From an uncultured Pseudomonadota bacterium (GTDB lineage: Bacteria > Pseudomonadota > Alphaproteobacteria > JACZXZ01), in NCBI GenBank assembly GCA_963749075.1, contig CAVVLJ010000002.1:32001-96000 (forward strand): a stretch of DNA of 64,000 nt. The letters are read 5' to 3'. Of the stretch, positions 9,938 to 20,156 are shown in pieces. Both the position numbers and the translations under genes were made by a program. The stretch's first letter is position 1. Every line of letters begins with the position of its first letter. The notes under the pieces are model-generated. The model made no database searches, was not told where the DNA came from, and saw nothing but the letters and a program-made list of their open reading frames with translations.

Positions 9938-10907
9938 TGACGAAACCACTGCGGCGGCGGGGATATCCATGAGCATGATCGACCGGAGCGACATCGCCGC
10001 TACCGAGCGCGTCATCAGGCCGCACATCCGGCGCACGCCCGTCCTCGAGGTCGCGGGCGGCGACTTCGGCCTGGAGGTGCCGAGCCTGTGGCTCAAGCTC
10101 GAGCAGCTCCAGCACGCGGGCTCCTTCAAGACGCGCGGCGCTTTCGCCAATCTCCTCACGCGCGAAGTCCCGGCCGCGGGAGTCGTCGCCGCCTCGGGCG
10201 GCAACCACGGGGCGGCCGTGGCCTATGCGGCGATGCGGCTCGGCGTGCCGGCCAAGATTTTCGTCCCGAGCATCTCCTCGCCCGCCAAGATCGCGCGCAT
10301 CCGCGGCTACGGCGCCGACCTCGTGGTCGGCGGCGAGCGCTACGCCGACGCGCTTCAGGCAAGCGAGGCCTGGGTGGCGAGATCGGGCGCGCTCGCCGTG
10401 CATGCCTTCGACCAGCGCGAGACGCTCCTCGGCCAGGGCACGCTCGGGCTCGAGATCGCGGAGCAGCTTCCCGAGCTCGACACGCTCCTCGTCGCGGTCG
10501 GCGGCGGCGGCCTCATCGGCGGCATCGCCGCCTGGTGCGAAGGCCGCATCCGCGTCATCGGCGTCGAGCCCGAGGCGGCACCCACGCTCGCCATGGCGCT
10601 CGAGGCCGGGCGGCCGGTCGATGCTCCGGCCGGCGGCATCGCCGCGGACTCGCTCGCCCCGCGCCGCACGGGCGAGCTGGTCTTTCCCATCGCACAGCGC
10701 TTCGTCGAGCGCGTGGTGTTGGTCACGGACGACGCCATCCTGGCGGCGCAGGCAACGCTTTGGGACAAGGCGCGGATCGTGGCCGAGCCGGGCGGCTCCG
10801 CCGCCATGGCCGCCCTCCTCTCGGGGCGCTACCGCCCCGCGCGCGAGGAGCGCGTGGCGGTCGTCGTGAGCGGCGGCAATACCGTCGCGGTCGATTTCAA
10901 GCGCTGA
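9930..10907 (+). CDS. PLP-dependent threonine/serine dehydratase family
   Basis: LKLEQLQHAGSFKTRG (PLP Lys), ASGGNHG, VGGGGL, SGGN. Start may be 9969 or 9975. Confidence 0.92.
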   Translation: MPDDETTAAAGISMSMIDRSDIAATERVIRPHIRRTPVLEVAGGDFGLEVPSLWLKLEQLQHAGSFKTRGAFANLLTREVPAAGVVAASGGNHGAAVAYAAMRLGVPAKIFVPSISSPAKIARIRGYGADLVVGGERYADALQASEAWVARSGALAVHAFDQRETLLGQGTLGLEIAEQLPELDTLLVAVGGGGLIGGIAAWCEGRIRVIGVEPEAAPTLAMALEAGRPVDAPAGGIAADSLAPRRTGELVFPIAQRFVERVVLVTDDAILAAQATLWDKARIVAEPGGSAAMAALLSGRYRPAREERVAVVVSGGNTVAVDFKR

Positions 10908-10925
10908 GGAGAGCGGCGGCGGCGC

Positions 10926-11912
10926 TCATTCGCGGCCGAGGGTGCGGTCGAAGAAGCTGAGGATTTCCGCGTCGATCTGACGATGGATGGCCTCCCGGTC
11001 GACTCCCGGCGCATCGTTGCAGAGGAGCGGCAGCTCGGCGGCCAAGGCCGGCGGGCAGGGTGCGAGGAAGACGTAGTGGCCGCCCGGAACGCTGGCATGC
11101 TCGATCGGCCGCGGCAGTGCCGCGAGCACGCGATCGGCGTTCCAGGCATTCACCAGCACTTGGTCGTCCGCCGCCTCGTAGAGCCTGAGGGGGATGTCGA
11201 CGCCAGCCAGCCCGGCCTTGTCGAAGAGCACGCCGAGCGGCGCCATGACGACGGCGGCCTTGACGCGCGTCTCGTGCGGCAGCTGCCAACCCGGCCGCGT
11301 GACGCGCACTCCGCCAGGGGGATGCGCGCCGCAAATCTCGCGGTCCTCGGGATGCTCGGCGCAATGGGCCTTCCAGAGTGCGAAATCGGGCCTGGCGCCG
11401 GCGATGACGAGCGTGGTGTAGCCGCCCGCCGAGAAGCCCGCCATGCCGATGCGCGCGGGATCGACGGCTTGGGCGAGACGCGCGTCGCCCAGCACGGCGT
11501 CGAGCGTCGCCACGATCTGCCACGGCCGGCCGATGAGCTGCACGTCGCTGCCACGCCCCTCCGGCCGGTCGTAGCTGTCGCCGAGGTGGCGCGGTGCCGC
11601 CACCACGATGCCGTGGCGCGCGAGATACTCGGCGAGGTCATGGTGCCCGAGGTCGCTGCCGCCGCTGCCGTGGGAGATGACCACGAGGCGGTGCTTTCCG
11701 GGCGCCGGCGGCGCATTCATCGCGGCGGCGATCGTGAAGGGGCCGAGCTGGATTGCACTCTCGGCCGCCGTCGTCGGATACCAGAGCGAGACCGGCACCG
11801 GCGGATCGCCCGGCGCCGTCAAGCGCAGATAACCGGCATGATAGGGCTCGCCGGCGCCGCCGGCTGCCAGGAGCATGGCAGCAAAAAACGCCGCCGCGCA
11901 GATTGCCTTCAT
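10926..11912 (-). CDS. Secreted alpha/beta hydrolase (dienelactone hydrolase-like)
   Basis: Signal-peptide-like MKAICAAAFFAAMLLAA; ISHGSGG; GFSAGG nucleophile elbow; GGHYVFL. Confidence 0.85.
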   Translation of the reverse strand: MKAICAAAFFAAMLLAAGGAGEPYHAGYLRLTAPGDPPVPVSLWYPTTAAESAIQLGPFTIAAAMNAPPAPGKHRLVVISHGSGGSDLGHHDLAEYLARHGIVVAAPRHLGDSYDRPEGRGSDVQLIGRPWQIVATLDAVLGDARLAQAVDPARIGMAGFSAGGYTTLVIAGARPDFALWKAHCAEHPEDREICGAHPPGGVRVTRPGWQLPHETRVKAAVVMAPLGVLFDKAGLAGVDIPLRLYEAADDQVLVNAWNADRVLAALPRPIEHASVPGGHYVFLAPCPPALAAELPLLCNDAPGVDREAIHRQIDAEILSFFDRTLGRE

Positions 11913-12013
11913 GTCTTCACCATAACCCGCAAGGCTAAGCGACGACGGTCCGCGCGTCCACCGCTGCGACGCGCGGGGGTGCCAGCGCCGTCGGCCTGAC
12001 GCCGCACCCGATC

Positions 12014-12058
12014 TATAATCAACAATATGGTTGACTATCAACCAAATCGTTGATTATA
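12014..12058. promoter_or_regulatory. Tandem ArsR-type operator palindromes in the promoter region
   Basis: AT-rich patch with TCAAC-N6-GTTGA twice (12019-12034, 12038-12053), nested in TATAATCAAC...GTTGATTATA, directly upstream of the ArsR gene. Confidence 0.75.
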
Positions 12059-12067
12059 TCCACGGCG

Positions 12068-12481
12068 ATGCCACGGAGAGCACATGCTTCGGCCAGTCTC
12101 GACGAGACCGATGCCGAGATCCTCGACCGCGTCTTTGCGGCTCTCGCGGATCCCGTCCGGCGCGCCATCCTGGCGCGGCTCGACGGCGAGGAGCTGCTCG
12201 TCTCCCAGCTGGCCGAGCCCTTCGCGATCTCGCTCCAGGCCGTCTCGCGCCACATCCAGGTGCTGGTCGCGGCCGGGCTGGTCACGCAGGCGCGCGAGGG
12301 GCGGATCAGCCGCTGCCGCCTCGACGCGGGACCCATCTATCGGGCGGCGGTGTGGGTCAATCGCTACAGCAAGTACTGGCAGTCGCAGTTCGACACCCTT
12401 GCCGCCTGGCTGGACGCGACCGAGCGCAAGCGCTCGCGCGCCGCGAGGCGAGGCAAGCGGCAAGGCAAGCGCAAACCCTGA
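12068..12481 (+). CDS. ArsR/SmtB-family transcriptional regulator
   Basis: LDRVFAALADPVRRAILARL...LAEPFAISLQAVSRHIQVL..AGLV. Confidence 0.93.
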   Translation: MPRRAHASASLDETDAEILDRVFAALADPVRRAILARLDGEELLVSQLAEPFAISLQAVSRHIQVLVAAGLVTQAREGRISRCRLDAGPIYRAAVWVNRYSKYWQSQFDTLAAWLDATERKRSRAARRGKRQGKRKP

Positions 12482-12516
12482 CGAGGCACCACGGCAATGC
12501 CGGAAGGAGGAACGTC

Positions 12517-13086
12517 ATGTCCTATCGCGAAACAGCGGAGAAGCTGGGCCGTTTCCGAGAGGAGATCGCGGGCTTGCGCAAGAAGATGCGCGCGCTCCAG
12601 CAGTCGATCGAGCCGGAGGAGGTGAAGGACTACGAGCTCGCCGGGGAGGGCGGTCCGGTCCGTCTCTCCGCGCTCTTCGGCGACAAGGAGCATCTCTTCG
12701 TCATCCACAACATGGGTGCGGGCTGCCGCTACTGCACCCTCTGGGCCGACGGCTTCAACGGCATCCTGCCGCACCTCGAGGACCGCGCCGCCTTCGTGCT
12801 GGCCTCGCCGGACGAGCCGGAGAAGCAGGCGAAGTTCAAGGCCTCGCGCGGCTGGCGCTTCCGCATGGTCTCGCACCGCGACACGAGCTTCGCCGCCGAC
12901 ATGGGCTACCGGGGAGAGAAGGGTTGGCTTCCCGGCGTCTCCGTCTTCACGCGGCGGGGCGGCAAGATATTGCGCGTCTCCGATACGAGCTTCGGGCCCG
13001 GGGACGACTTCTGCGCGCTCTGGCACTTTCTCGACCTCCTTCCGGAGGGTGCCGGCGAGTGGGAGCCCAAGTACAAGTATCAGTGA
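12517..13086 (+). CDS. DUF899-family thioredoxin-like protein
   Basis: VRLSALFG, CRYC motif, GWRFRMVS, PGVSVF. AAGGAGG upstream of ATG 12517. Confidence 0.85.
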   Translation: MSYRETAEKLGRFREEIAGLRKKMRALQQSIEPEEVKDYELAGEGGPVRLSALFGDKEHLFVIHNMGAGCRYCTLWADGFNGILPHLEDRAAFVLASPDEPEKQAKFKASRGWRFRMVSHRDTSFAADMGYRGEKGWLPGVSVFTRRGGKILRVSDTSFGPGDDFCALWHFLDLLPEGAGEWEPKYKYQ

Positions 13087-13099
13087 GGGAGACCCGGCC

Positions 13100-13630
13100 A
13101 TGCCCTTCGAGTTCACGCTTTCGGACACCGTCCCGGCGAGCCCGCGCGCGGTCTACGACGCCTGGCTCTCGAGCGGCGGCCACGCGGCGATGACCGGCGG
13201 CAAGGCCGCGCATGCCGCCGCCGCGGAAGGTGCCGAATTCACGGCTTGGGACGGCTACATCTCGGGCCGCAACCTGCGCCTCGAGCCGGGCCGCCGCATC
13301 GTACAGTCCTGGCGCACCACCCGCTTCACGGCGGCGGACGCCGATTCCGAGATCGACGTCCTCCTGGAGCCGGTGCCCGGCGGCACGCGGCTCACGCTCC
13401 ACCACAGCAACGTGCCGGACGGCCACACGAGCTACCGCGACGGCGGCTGGCAGAGGAGCTATTTCGAGCCGATGAAGCGGTTCTTCGCCGGAGAGAGCGT
13501 GAGCGGCCCAGGGTCTAAACCCGACCTCCTCAGAACTCGACGTTCGAGCTCCTCGAGCTCGTCGGGCTCGGCCTTGGCCGCGGCGACCCATTCCGCCATG
13601 TCGGGCAGCGCCATGATGCGGCGGCAGTAG
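13100..13630 (+). CDS. SRPBCC/AHSA1 (START-like) domain protein; true 3' end uncertain
   Basis: ASPRAVYDAWL, RIVQSWR, GTRLTLHH, GWQRSYFEPMK. The Ser-rich tail after ~13490 overlaps the GST gene and looks like read-through. Confidence 0.85.
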   Translation: MPFEFTLSDTVPASPRAVYDAWLSSGGHAAMTGGKAAHAAAAEGAEFTAWDGYISGRNLRLEPGRRIVQSWRTTRFTAADADSEIDVLLEPVPGGTRLTLHHSNVPDGHTSYRDGGWQRSYFEPMKRFFAGESVSGPGSKPDLLRTRRSSSSSSSGSALAAATHSAMSGSAMMRRQ

Positions 13631-14190
13631 TCGGCGCAGTCGCGAGCGAGCTTCACCTCGTAGGTGAGGAAGCGCGTCACCACCGGCGCGTACATGGCGT
13701 CCGCCATGCCGGGCTTGCCGAAGAGATAGGGGCCCTTCTGGGCGGCGAAGCAGTCCTGCCAGATGGTGACGATGCGGTCGATGTCGGCCTGGGCGCCCGG
13801 CCACACCTTGAAGCCGGGGTAATGGGCCTTGAGGTTCATCGGCAGCGCCGAGCGCAGGTTGCTGAAGCCGGAATGCATCTCGCCGCAGATCGAGCGGCAG
13901 CGCGCCCTCGCCGCGCGCGTGGCCGGGAGAAGCCCCGCCTTCGGCCGGATCTCGTTGAGGTACTCGGCGATCGCGAGGGTGTCCCACACCGCGATCCCGT
14001 TATGGGTCAGGCAGGGCACGAGGAAGGAGGGCGAAAGCAGCAGGATCTCGGCGCGCGTCGAGGGATCGTCGAGCGAGAGCATCTTCTCCTCGAAAGCGAG
14101 GCCCGCCATCCTGCAGAGCAGCCAGCCCCGCAACGCCCAGGCGGAGTAGGTCTTGCTGCTGATGGTGAGCGTGGCCTTGGCCATGGGCAT
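13530..14190 (-). CDS. Glutathione S-transferase (one extra base near the 3' end)
   Basis: ISSKTYSAWALRGWL, SPSFLVPCL, WDTLAIAEYL, EMHSGF, ADAMYAPV. Removing one A at ~13543 restores ELEELDVEF-stop at 13530; as given the frame runs to 13459. Confidence 0.9.
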
Positions 14191-14444
14191 CGTCCCCTCG
14201 TTGGGCGCCGCTCCGGCGAACGGCATTGCCAGCCTCAAGCATTGCCCCAGAGAGGCCGCGCCGTCCAGCGCGAAGCAGCACCCCATCCGCCCGCTCATGT
14301 TGCACCGCAAGAAGCGTGCCAGGCGAGAGGCCGCGCGGCTGACCGTCATATTGCTGTCGCAGCGCAGCACGACATGGTTTAACCTTCGCCCGGAAGGGTG
14401 CGCCGAGGGATGCGGCAGGCCCGGGGGAGACGGCGCGAGGGGAG

Positions 14445-15662
14445 ATGATCTACCGAGCCTATCAGGCGCATAACGACATGGTGGATCCCATAAGGGCGAT
14501 GGCGCAGGTGGCCGCCATCGCCCTCAATTTCCCGCTGGCCCGCTTCTCAGAGCAGCTCCTCGTGCGCAACCTCGCCGCCGCCTACGAGCTTTGGGCGCGC
14601 GCCGGCCTCTCCCACCAGCGGCCCGCCTTCGGCATCGACGCGGTCAGCGTCGGCGGCCGCGAGGTGGCGGTGCGCGAGGAGGCGGCGGACAGAACGCCGT
14701 TCGGCACCTTGCTGCGCTTCAAGAAGGACGCAACACCGGTGCAGCCGCGCGTGCTCCTGGTGGCGCCGATGTCGGGCCATTTCGCGACACTTCTGCGCAA
14801 CACGGTGCGCACTCTCCTTCCCGAGCACGACGTCTACGTGACCGACTGGCACAACGCGCGCGACGTGAGCCTGCGCCACGGCCGCTTCGATTTCGACGAT
14901 TTCATCGACCACATCATCCGCTTCCTCGAGGCGCTCGGCCCGGGTGCCCACGTCGTCGCCATCTGCCAGCCCTCGGTCGCGGTGCTCGCCGCCGTGGCGC
15001 TCATGGCCGAGGCGGACCACCCCGCCCAGCCGCGCACCATGACGCTCATGGCCGGCCCCATCGACGCGCGGGTGAGCCCGACCAAGGTCAACGAGCTCGC
15101 GACCTCCCACCCGATCGCCTGGTTCGAGCGCAACCTCATCGGGCGCGTGCCGCTGCGCTACGCCGGCGCCTTTCGCCGCGTCTATCCCGGCTTCATGCAG
15201 CTCGCGGGGTTCATGAGCATGAACCTCGAGCGGCACGTGAAGGCGCATTTCGACCTCTTCGACAACATCGTGCGCCGCGAGCGGCAGAAGGCGGCGGCGG
15301 TCCGCACCTTCTACGACGAATATTTCGCGGTCATGGACCTGCCGGCGGAGTTCTATCTCGAGACCGTGCGCCTCGTCTTCCAGGAGCACGCGCTGGCGCT
15401 GGGACAGCTCGTCTCGCGCGGCCGCAAGATCGACCCGCGCGCCATCCGGCGCACCGCGCTCCTCACCGTCGAGGGCGAGAAGGACGACATCTGCGCCGTC
15501 GGCCAGACGCTCGCCGCCCAGGAGCTCTGCAGCAGCCTGAGGCCCTATCTCAAGCGCCATTACGTGCAGGCCGGCGTCGGCCACTACGGCGTCTTCAGCG
15601 GCCGGCGCTGGAACAACGAGATCTACCCGCTGCTGCGCAACCTCATCCTGCAGCGGGATTGA
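14445..15662 (+). CDS. phaZ: Intracellular polyhydroxyalkanoate depolymerase
   Basis: VAPMSGHFATLLR, DVYVTDW, AICQP catalytic Cys box, MAGPID, RRVYPGFMQL, EGEKDDI, GHYGVFSG. Confidence 0.95.
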   Translation: MIYRAYQAHNDMVDPIRAMAQVAAIALNFPLARFSEQLLVRNLAAAYELWARAGLSHQRPAFGIDAVSVGGREVAVREEAADRTPFGTLLRFKKDATPVQPRVLLVAPMSGHFATLLRNTVRTLLPEHDVYVTDWHNARDVSLRHGRFDFDDFIDHIIRFLEALGPGAHVVAICQPSVAVLAAVALMAEADHPAQPRTMTLMAGPIDARVSPTKVNELATSHPIAWFERNLIGRVPLRYAGAFRRVYPGFMQLAGFMSMNLERHVKAHFDLFDNIVRRERQKAAAVRTFYDEYFAVMDLPAEFYLETVRLVFQEHALALGQLVSRGRKIDPRAIRRTALLTVEGEKDDICAVGQTLAAQELCSSLRPYLKRHYVQAGVGHYGVFSGRRWNNEIYPLLRNLILQRD

Positions 15663-15708
15663 GGGGGCGGTTACGAACGGCGCTCACGCTGCCGGCCGGT
15701 TCCCTTTC

Positions 15709-15997
15709 TGAGCTGGTCCTGGAAAATCGGACCGGGTGCTAAGGCGCATCCGAACCAGGCGAGCGCGTGGAAGCGCCAGGCGATCGACGGCTTGGGCGAG
15801 GCGTTGAACGGCGCGCTGGCCGGATGCGGCCGGCCTGAGATCTTCAACGCCGATCGGAGCCTGCCCCTGCGGAGGCGGCGGGCAACCAGTTCACCCGCCT
15901 CGACGTCACCGGCGTGCTCAAGGACAGGGAGACCGCGATCTCGATGGACGGGCGGAGGCGATGCCCGGACAACATCCTCATCGAGCGCCTCTCGTGG
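15709..15997 (+). mobile_element. IS3-family relic (left end plus orfA/orfB fragments, internally deleted)
   Basis: Starts TGAGCTGGTCCTGGAAAATCGGAC. Encodes fragments HPNQ..AWKRQAIDGL, GRPEIFN..[insert]..GNQFT and ISMDGRRRCPDNILIERL. Highly similar to 24050-24468. Confidence 0.85.
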
Positions 15998-16843
15998 TCA
16001 GCGACCCCGACGCTGCCAGCTGCCGCGCTCGACGGCGCCGAAAAAGTTCAGAACGGCCTCGTTGAAAGCAGCCGGCTCCTCCAAATTGATGGCGTGCCCG
16101 GTGCAGGGCACGACCCACAGGCCGGACCCGACAATCATCCGCTTCAGGTACAGGCTCGGCTGCAGGCAGTGCTCATCCTCGTCGCCAGTCATTACCAGCA
16201 CCGGGGTGGACAGTTGCTTCAACTCCGCTTCGAACTCATGAAGCGCCGGACGCTTGCCCTGGACGTTTCGCAAGGTCAGGGACGACCCGGTCGCCGAATG
16301 TTCGTACAAGCAGCGGATAAATTCGTCCCAGCCTTTCGGATCCTTGCGGCGTAACTGGATGCGGGAAGGATCGATGCCGGCGGCGGCGACCATTTGCTCG
16401 ATTCCCGCGGCGAGGATGCGGTCCGCGCGCGCCGGGATATCGCGAAGATACGCCTCGCGAGAGGACGGATCGGAGCCCGAGCCACATCCCGCAACCACGA
16501 GCGCGCTCGCCTTGCCGGGATAACGCAGGCCAAAGACCAATGCGGCATACCCGCCCATGCTGAGCCCCACGATATGAGCTCGATCGATGTCGAGATGGCG
16601 CATCACCGCAGCGATGTCGGCAGCCGCATGCTCGTAGCCATAGGCCGCGTTCCCTCCGGGAACGTCCGAGGGAGGAAAGCCTCGAGCGTTAAAGGCGATG
16701 CAGCGATAGTGGCGAGAGAACCAGCTGACCTGATGGTCCCAGCTCCGATGATCGCCGCCGAACTCATGGACGAAAAGCACCGGATAGCCCGATCCGGTTT
16801 CCTCGAAATAGAGCTTCGCTTCCGAAGACTGAGCGTAAGGCAT
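15998..16843 (-). CDS. Alpha/beta hydrolase
   Basis: LYFEETGSG, FVHEFGG, NARGFPPS, GLSMGG, GDED, GHAINLEEP. Confidence 0.92.
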   Translation of the reverse strand: MPYAQSSEAKLYFEETGSGYPVLFVHEFGGDHRSWDHQVSWFSRHYRCIAFNARGFPPSDVPGGNAAYGYEHAAADIAAVMRHLDIDRAHIVGLSMGGYAALVFGLRYPGKASALVVAGCGSGSDPSSREAYLRDIPARADRILAAGIEQMVAAAGIDPSRIQLRRKDPKGWDEFIRCLYEHSATGSSLTLRNVQGKRPALHEFEAELKQLSTPVLVMTGDEDEHCLQPSLYLKRMIVGSGLWVVPCTGHAINLEEPAAFNEAVLNFFGAVERGSWQRRGR

Positions 16844-17006
16844 AAGAGCGCGTCCCAAGGCTTTTTCAGCCCGATGATGCCACATATCTATATATCCATC
16901 GCGATGCTTGGCATCATGATCAATCGTAGCAGTTCCCCGCTCGAATACAACCAAGCTGGAATAACGCCGTCGCTAAGGCCAGAATTTCGTCGGACAACGC
17001 TATCGC

Positions 17007-17036
17007 TTGACAGTCATATTGCGCACCAATTAGGGT
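17007..17036 (+). promoter_or_regulatory. Possible sigma70 promoter for the Bug/TctC gene
   Basis: TTGACA at 17007-17012 with a weak -10 (TAGGGT) 18 nt later, in an AT-richer intergenic region. Confidence 0.35.
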
Positions 17037-17166
17037 CAATGACAATATCGAGTCGGCGCAGGGCTTGATAGGGACGTAGCGGCCGAGGAGACTCGATCCG
17101 GTGACGCGCGGCCAACAGCATGCCGTCTACGCCCGTTGCGGTGCCAACTAAGGAACGACGAGAGCC

Positions 17167-18141
17167 ATGCTCAGTGCAATAGGATCACGCATCGTCGCCA
17201 GTGCCGCCTTACTCTTAGCGGTTGCAACGACGCCACTACCGGCGAACGCCGGGTACCCAGACAGGCCGGTGAAAATACTGGTGCCGTACCAAGTAGGCGG
17301 GGCCACGGACTTCATCGCGCGCCTGGTCGCGCAGAAGCTCGGCGAGGAATTCAAGCAGCCTGTGATTGTCGAGAACCGGCCGGGCGCCGGTGGAATGATC
17401 GCTGTTACGGCGGCCGCCAGGGCGGCGCCCGACGGCTACACGATCCTGATCGACGCGCCCGGCGTCGTTCTCAACCCCAGCTTGTACCGCACGGTTACGT
17501 ACGATCCGAAGGATCTGCAACCGGTTGCGCAATTGATGACGTCACCATTCGTGATCGTCGTAAATCCGAGCGTCCCCATCAGGAGCGTCACCGGGATCGC
17601 CGAATACGCGCGGAAGAATCCCAGCAAGTTCAATGTTGCAACCGCTGGCAACTCGACGTTGCTCGCAGCCGAGATGTTCCGGCTGATCGCCAACGTCGAC
17701 TTCACGTTCGTGCCGTACAACGGTGCGGCGCCAGCCAGCTTGTCGGTGGTGACCGGCGAGACGCAGATGATGTTCAGCGACTTCACCTCGTTCGCCCAGC
17801 ACATCCTTAGCGGCCGCCTTCGAGCGCTCGCCGTCGCGGGCGAGAAGCGCATGCCGATGCTGCCCGACGTGCCGACCACCAGGGAGGCCGGCATGCCGGA
17901 ATATGTGGTGAGCAGCTGGTTCGGGGCGTTCGTTCCCTCGGGCACGCCGCCCGACATCGTGCAGCGGCTCAATGCTGCGATCAATCGCGCCGTCATGCTG
18001 CCCGACGTCGTTGCCCGATTGGCCGCGCTCGGCGCCGAGCCGGTCGCGCTAAGCGTCGATGCGTTCAGCCAGTTCTACCGCAGCGAGCTGGTACGCTGGA
18101 AGGACATCGTCGCGCGGGCAAAGGTGCCGCTGATCAACTAA
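17167..18141 (+). CDS. Bug/TctC tripartite tricarboxylate transporter substrate-binding protein
   Basis: Signal peptide, YPDRPVKILVPY..GG.TD..AR, VENRPGAGG, APDGYT, VPYNG, PDVPT..EAG. Confidence 0.95.
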   Translation: MLSAIGSRIVASAALLLAVATTPLPANAGYPDRPVKILVPYQVGGATDFIARLVAQKLGEEFKQPVIVENRPGAGGMIAVTAAARAAPDGYTILIDAPGVVLNPSLYRTVTYDPKDLQPVAQLMTSPFVIVVNPSVPIRSVTGIAEYARKNPSKFNVATAGNSTLLAAEMFRLIANVDFTFVPYNGAAPASLSVVTGETQMMFSDFTSFAQHILSGRLRALAVAGEKRMPMLPDVPTTREAGMPEYVVSSWFGAFVPSGTPPDIVQRLNAAINRAVMLPDVVARLAALGAEPVALSVDAFSQFYRSELVRWKDIVARAKVPLIN

Positions 18142-18199
18142 TTAGCTAGCAGAAACCGCGACATCGCACGGGACGCGCGCGGCGTGTCGCGGCCGCTGT

Positions 18200-18395
18200 C
18201 GCAAAGCTCGAAGATGGCTTGCCCTGAATGAAGCCGAAGCCCGTCTTCTTCTCCCGTGCGCCACGCGCCCGCAAGCTCACATCGTCGAGGACGGTGACGA
18301 GTTCGACATGAGAACCCTCGGCTTCGGCATCGATACCCTGGGGAAGGTCGTCGACGATGACCGCGATTTCGCCTTCGAAGTCGATCTCGTCCGGC
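18200..18395 (-). pseudogene. Fumarylacetoacetate-hydrolase family internal fragment
   Basis: IDFEGEIAVIVDD.P.G...DDVSLR...GFGFIQGKPSSSF matches the FAH core (DFEGE, NDVSLR, K). N- and C-terminal parts are absent; ends approximate. Confidence 0.7.
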
Positions 18396-18436
18396 GGCGA
18401 CAAACGAGCAACCTTTGCGCTCTAAGGAGGACACCA

Positions 18437-19654
18437 ATGCGCATGCCAGAACGAGGTCGGCAATGGGGCGACCTCAAGAAGGACCTCCAAGCGTTGCAGT
18501 CGCAGGATGTTGCAAAGTGGCGCACGGGTCACGCATTCGGGGTCGCTTACTGCGCCAGCGATGAATTGCTGGAGATCATCCAGCAGGCCTATTCGATGTA
18601 CGTGCTGGAGAACGCTCGTCACCATCACGCATATCCGAGTCTGAAGCGATTCGAGGCCAACGTTGTCGGTATGACCTCCGACATCTTCCACGGCGGCCAA
18701 GCGGTCGGCAATTTCGTGTCCGGAGGGACGGAGGGAATCTTTCTCGCCGTCAAGACCGTGCGCGACAAAGCGAGAAGCGAGAAGGGAATAACCGAGCCCG
18801 AGATGCTGGTGCCGGCCACGGCGTATCCGATCTGGTTCCAGGTGGGTCACTACCTCAACGTCAAAGTGGTCATGATACCGATCACCGCCGAGTTCCGTGC
18901 AGACGTTGCGGCGTTGCGTTCGGCGGTTACGAAGAACACGATCCTGATCATGGGTTCGGCGCCCGGCTACGCCTTCGGCGTCATGGACCCGATCAGCGAG
19001 ATGTCCGCATTGGCGGAGGAGCTCGGGATTCACTTGCACGTCGACGCATGCGTCGGCGGCTACCAGCTGCCGTTCTTGCGCCAGATCGGCCGCAGTGTCC
19101 CGCAATTCGACTTTTCGCTACCCGGCGTGGCATCCATCGGGACCGACCTTCACAAATACGGATATTCGGCCCTCGGGAGCTCCGTAATTCTTTATCGCAA
19201 TGCCGACATCCACAAGTATCAGGCCTTTCAATTCGGCGAATGGCGCTCCGGCACCTGGCTTAATCCGGGGATGCTGGGAAGCCGTCCGGGAGGGGCGGTC
19301 GCCGCTGCGTGGGCGGTCATGAACTTTTTGGGTGAGGAAGGCTATCAGGAGTTGACGCGGCGCGTGACGGCGACCGCCGATCGATTGCGTCAAGGCATCG
19401 AGGCGATTCCGGGATTGAAGATTCAAGGCAAGCCCGAAATGAGCGTTTTCACCTACGTCTCGTCAAACCGCGAAATCGGGTCCATCGCGGAATCGATGCA
19501 GGCCAAAGGATGGTTCGTGCGCCCTTCGGTCAATCCGCCGAGCATTCATGTGGTAGTCACGCCCATGCATGAGCGGGTTGCCGATGAATACCTGGAAGAC
19601 TTAAGGGCGACAACGTTGAGCGCCGAAAAACCGCAAACCGCACGCGTGGTGTAA
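18437..19654 (+). CDS. Fold-type I PLP enzyme, sphingosine-1-phosphate lyase/group II decarboxylase-like
   Basis: SGGTEGI, GSAP.Y.FGVMDPI, LHVDACVGG, DLHKYG (PLP Lys), GSRPGG..AAAWA. AAGGAGG before ATG 18437. Confidence 0.88.
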   Translation: MRMPERGRQWGDLKKDLQALQSQDVAKWRTGHAFGVAYCASDELLEIIQQAYSMYVLENARHHHAYPSLKRFEANVVGMTSDIFHGGQAVGNFVSGGTEGIFLAVKTVRDKARSEKGITEPEMLVPATAYPIWFQVGHYLNVKVVMIPITAEFRADVAALRSAVTKNTILIMGSAPGYAFGVMDPISEMSALAEELGIHLHVDACVGGYQLPFLRQIGRSVPQFDFSLPGVASIGTDLHKYGYSALGSSVILYRNADIHKYQAFQFGEWRSGTWLNPGMLGSRPGGAVAAAWAVMNFLGEEGYQELTRRVTATADRLRQGIEAIPGLKIQGKPEMSVFTYVSSNREIGSIAESMQAKGWFVRPSVNPPSIHVVVTPMHERVADEYLEDLRATTLSAEKPQTARVV

Positions 19655-19745
19655 GGAGCACGGCATCCCCGATCCGGTTATTCAGCAAGTATCGGACTTG
19701 ACATCGTTCGCACGGAACAGTAAAAATGATCTGCAACCGAGGAGC

Positions 19746-20156
19746 ATGATTGCCATGGACCGAACGGTCATTAATCCACCCAACTTATCGACGCCATTAG
19801 GTCCATATTCATACGCTGTAAAGGTTGACGGAGGCCAGTTGCTGTTCATCTCCGGCTGTGTCGCCACCGATGCTTCCGGCGAGATTGTAGGCAAGGGAGA
19901 TGTGGCGCGGCAGTCCGAACAGGTGATGAAGAATCTCAAGATCGTGATCGAAGCTGCGGGTGGCTCCCTTAGCGACGTAGTCAAGGTCACGAACTACATG
20001 CTCGATGCCGCCGAGTTCCCGAAATTGGCCGAGGTGCGCGCGCGGTATCTAAAGCCGCCATACCCCGCGAGCACGATGGTTGAAGTCAGTGCGCTGATCC
20101 ACAAAGACATGCTGGTAGAGATCGAGGCGATTGCCATCATTCCAGCAGCTAAATGA
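19746..20156 (+). CDS. RidA/YjgF family protein
   Basis: PLGPYSYAV, LFISG, DVVKV, R at VRARY, PASTMVEV..L, VEIEAIA. GAGGAG upstream; start may be 19755. Confidence 0.9.
   Translation: MIAMDRTVINPPNLSTPLGPYSYAVKVDGGQLLFISGCVATDASGEIVGKGDVARQSEQVMKNLKIVIEAAGGSLSDVVKVTNYMLDAAEFPKLAEVRARYLKPPYPASTMVEVSALIHKDMLVEIEAIAIIPAAK

Noticed and set aside
13459-13630. 172-bp convergent overlap of SRPBCC and GST as antisense regulation
   Set aside because: Better explained by frameshift errors that remove the normal stops.
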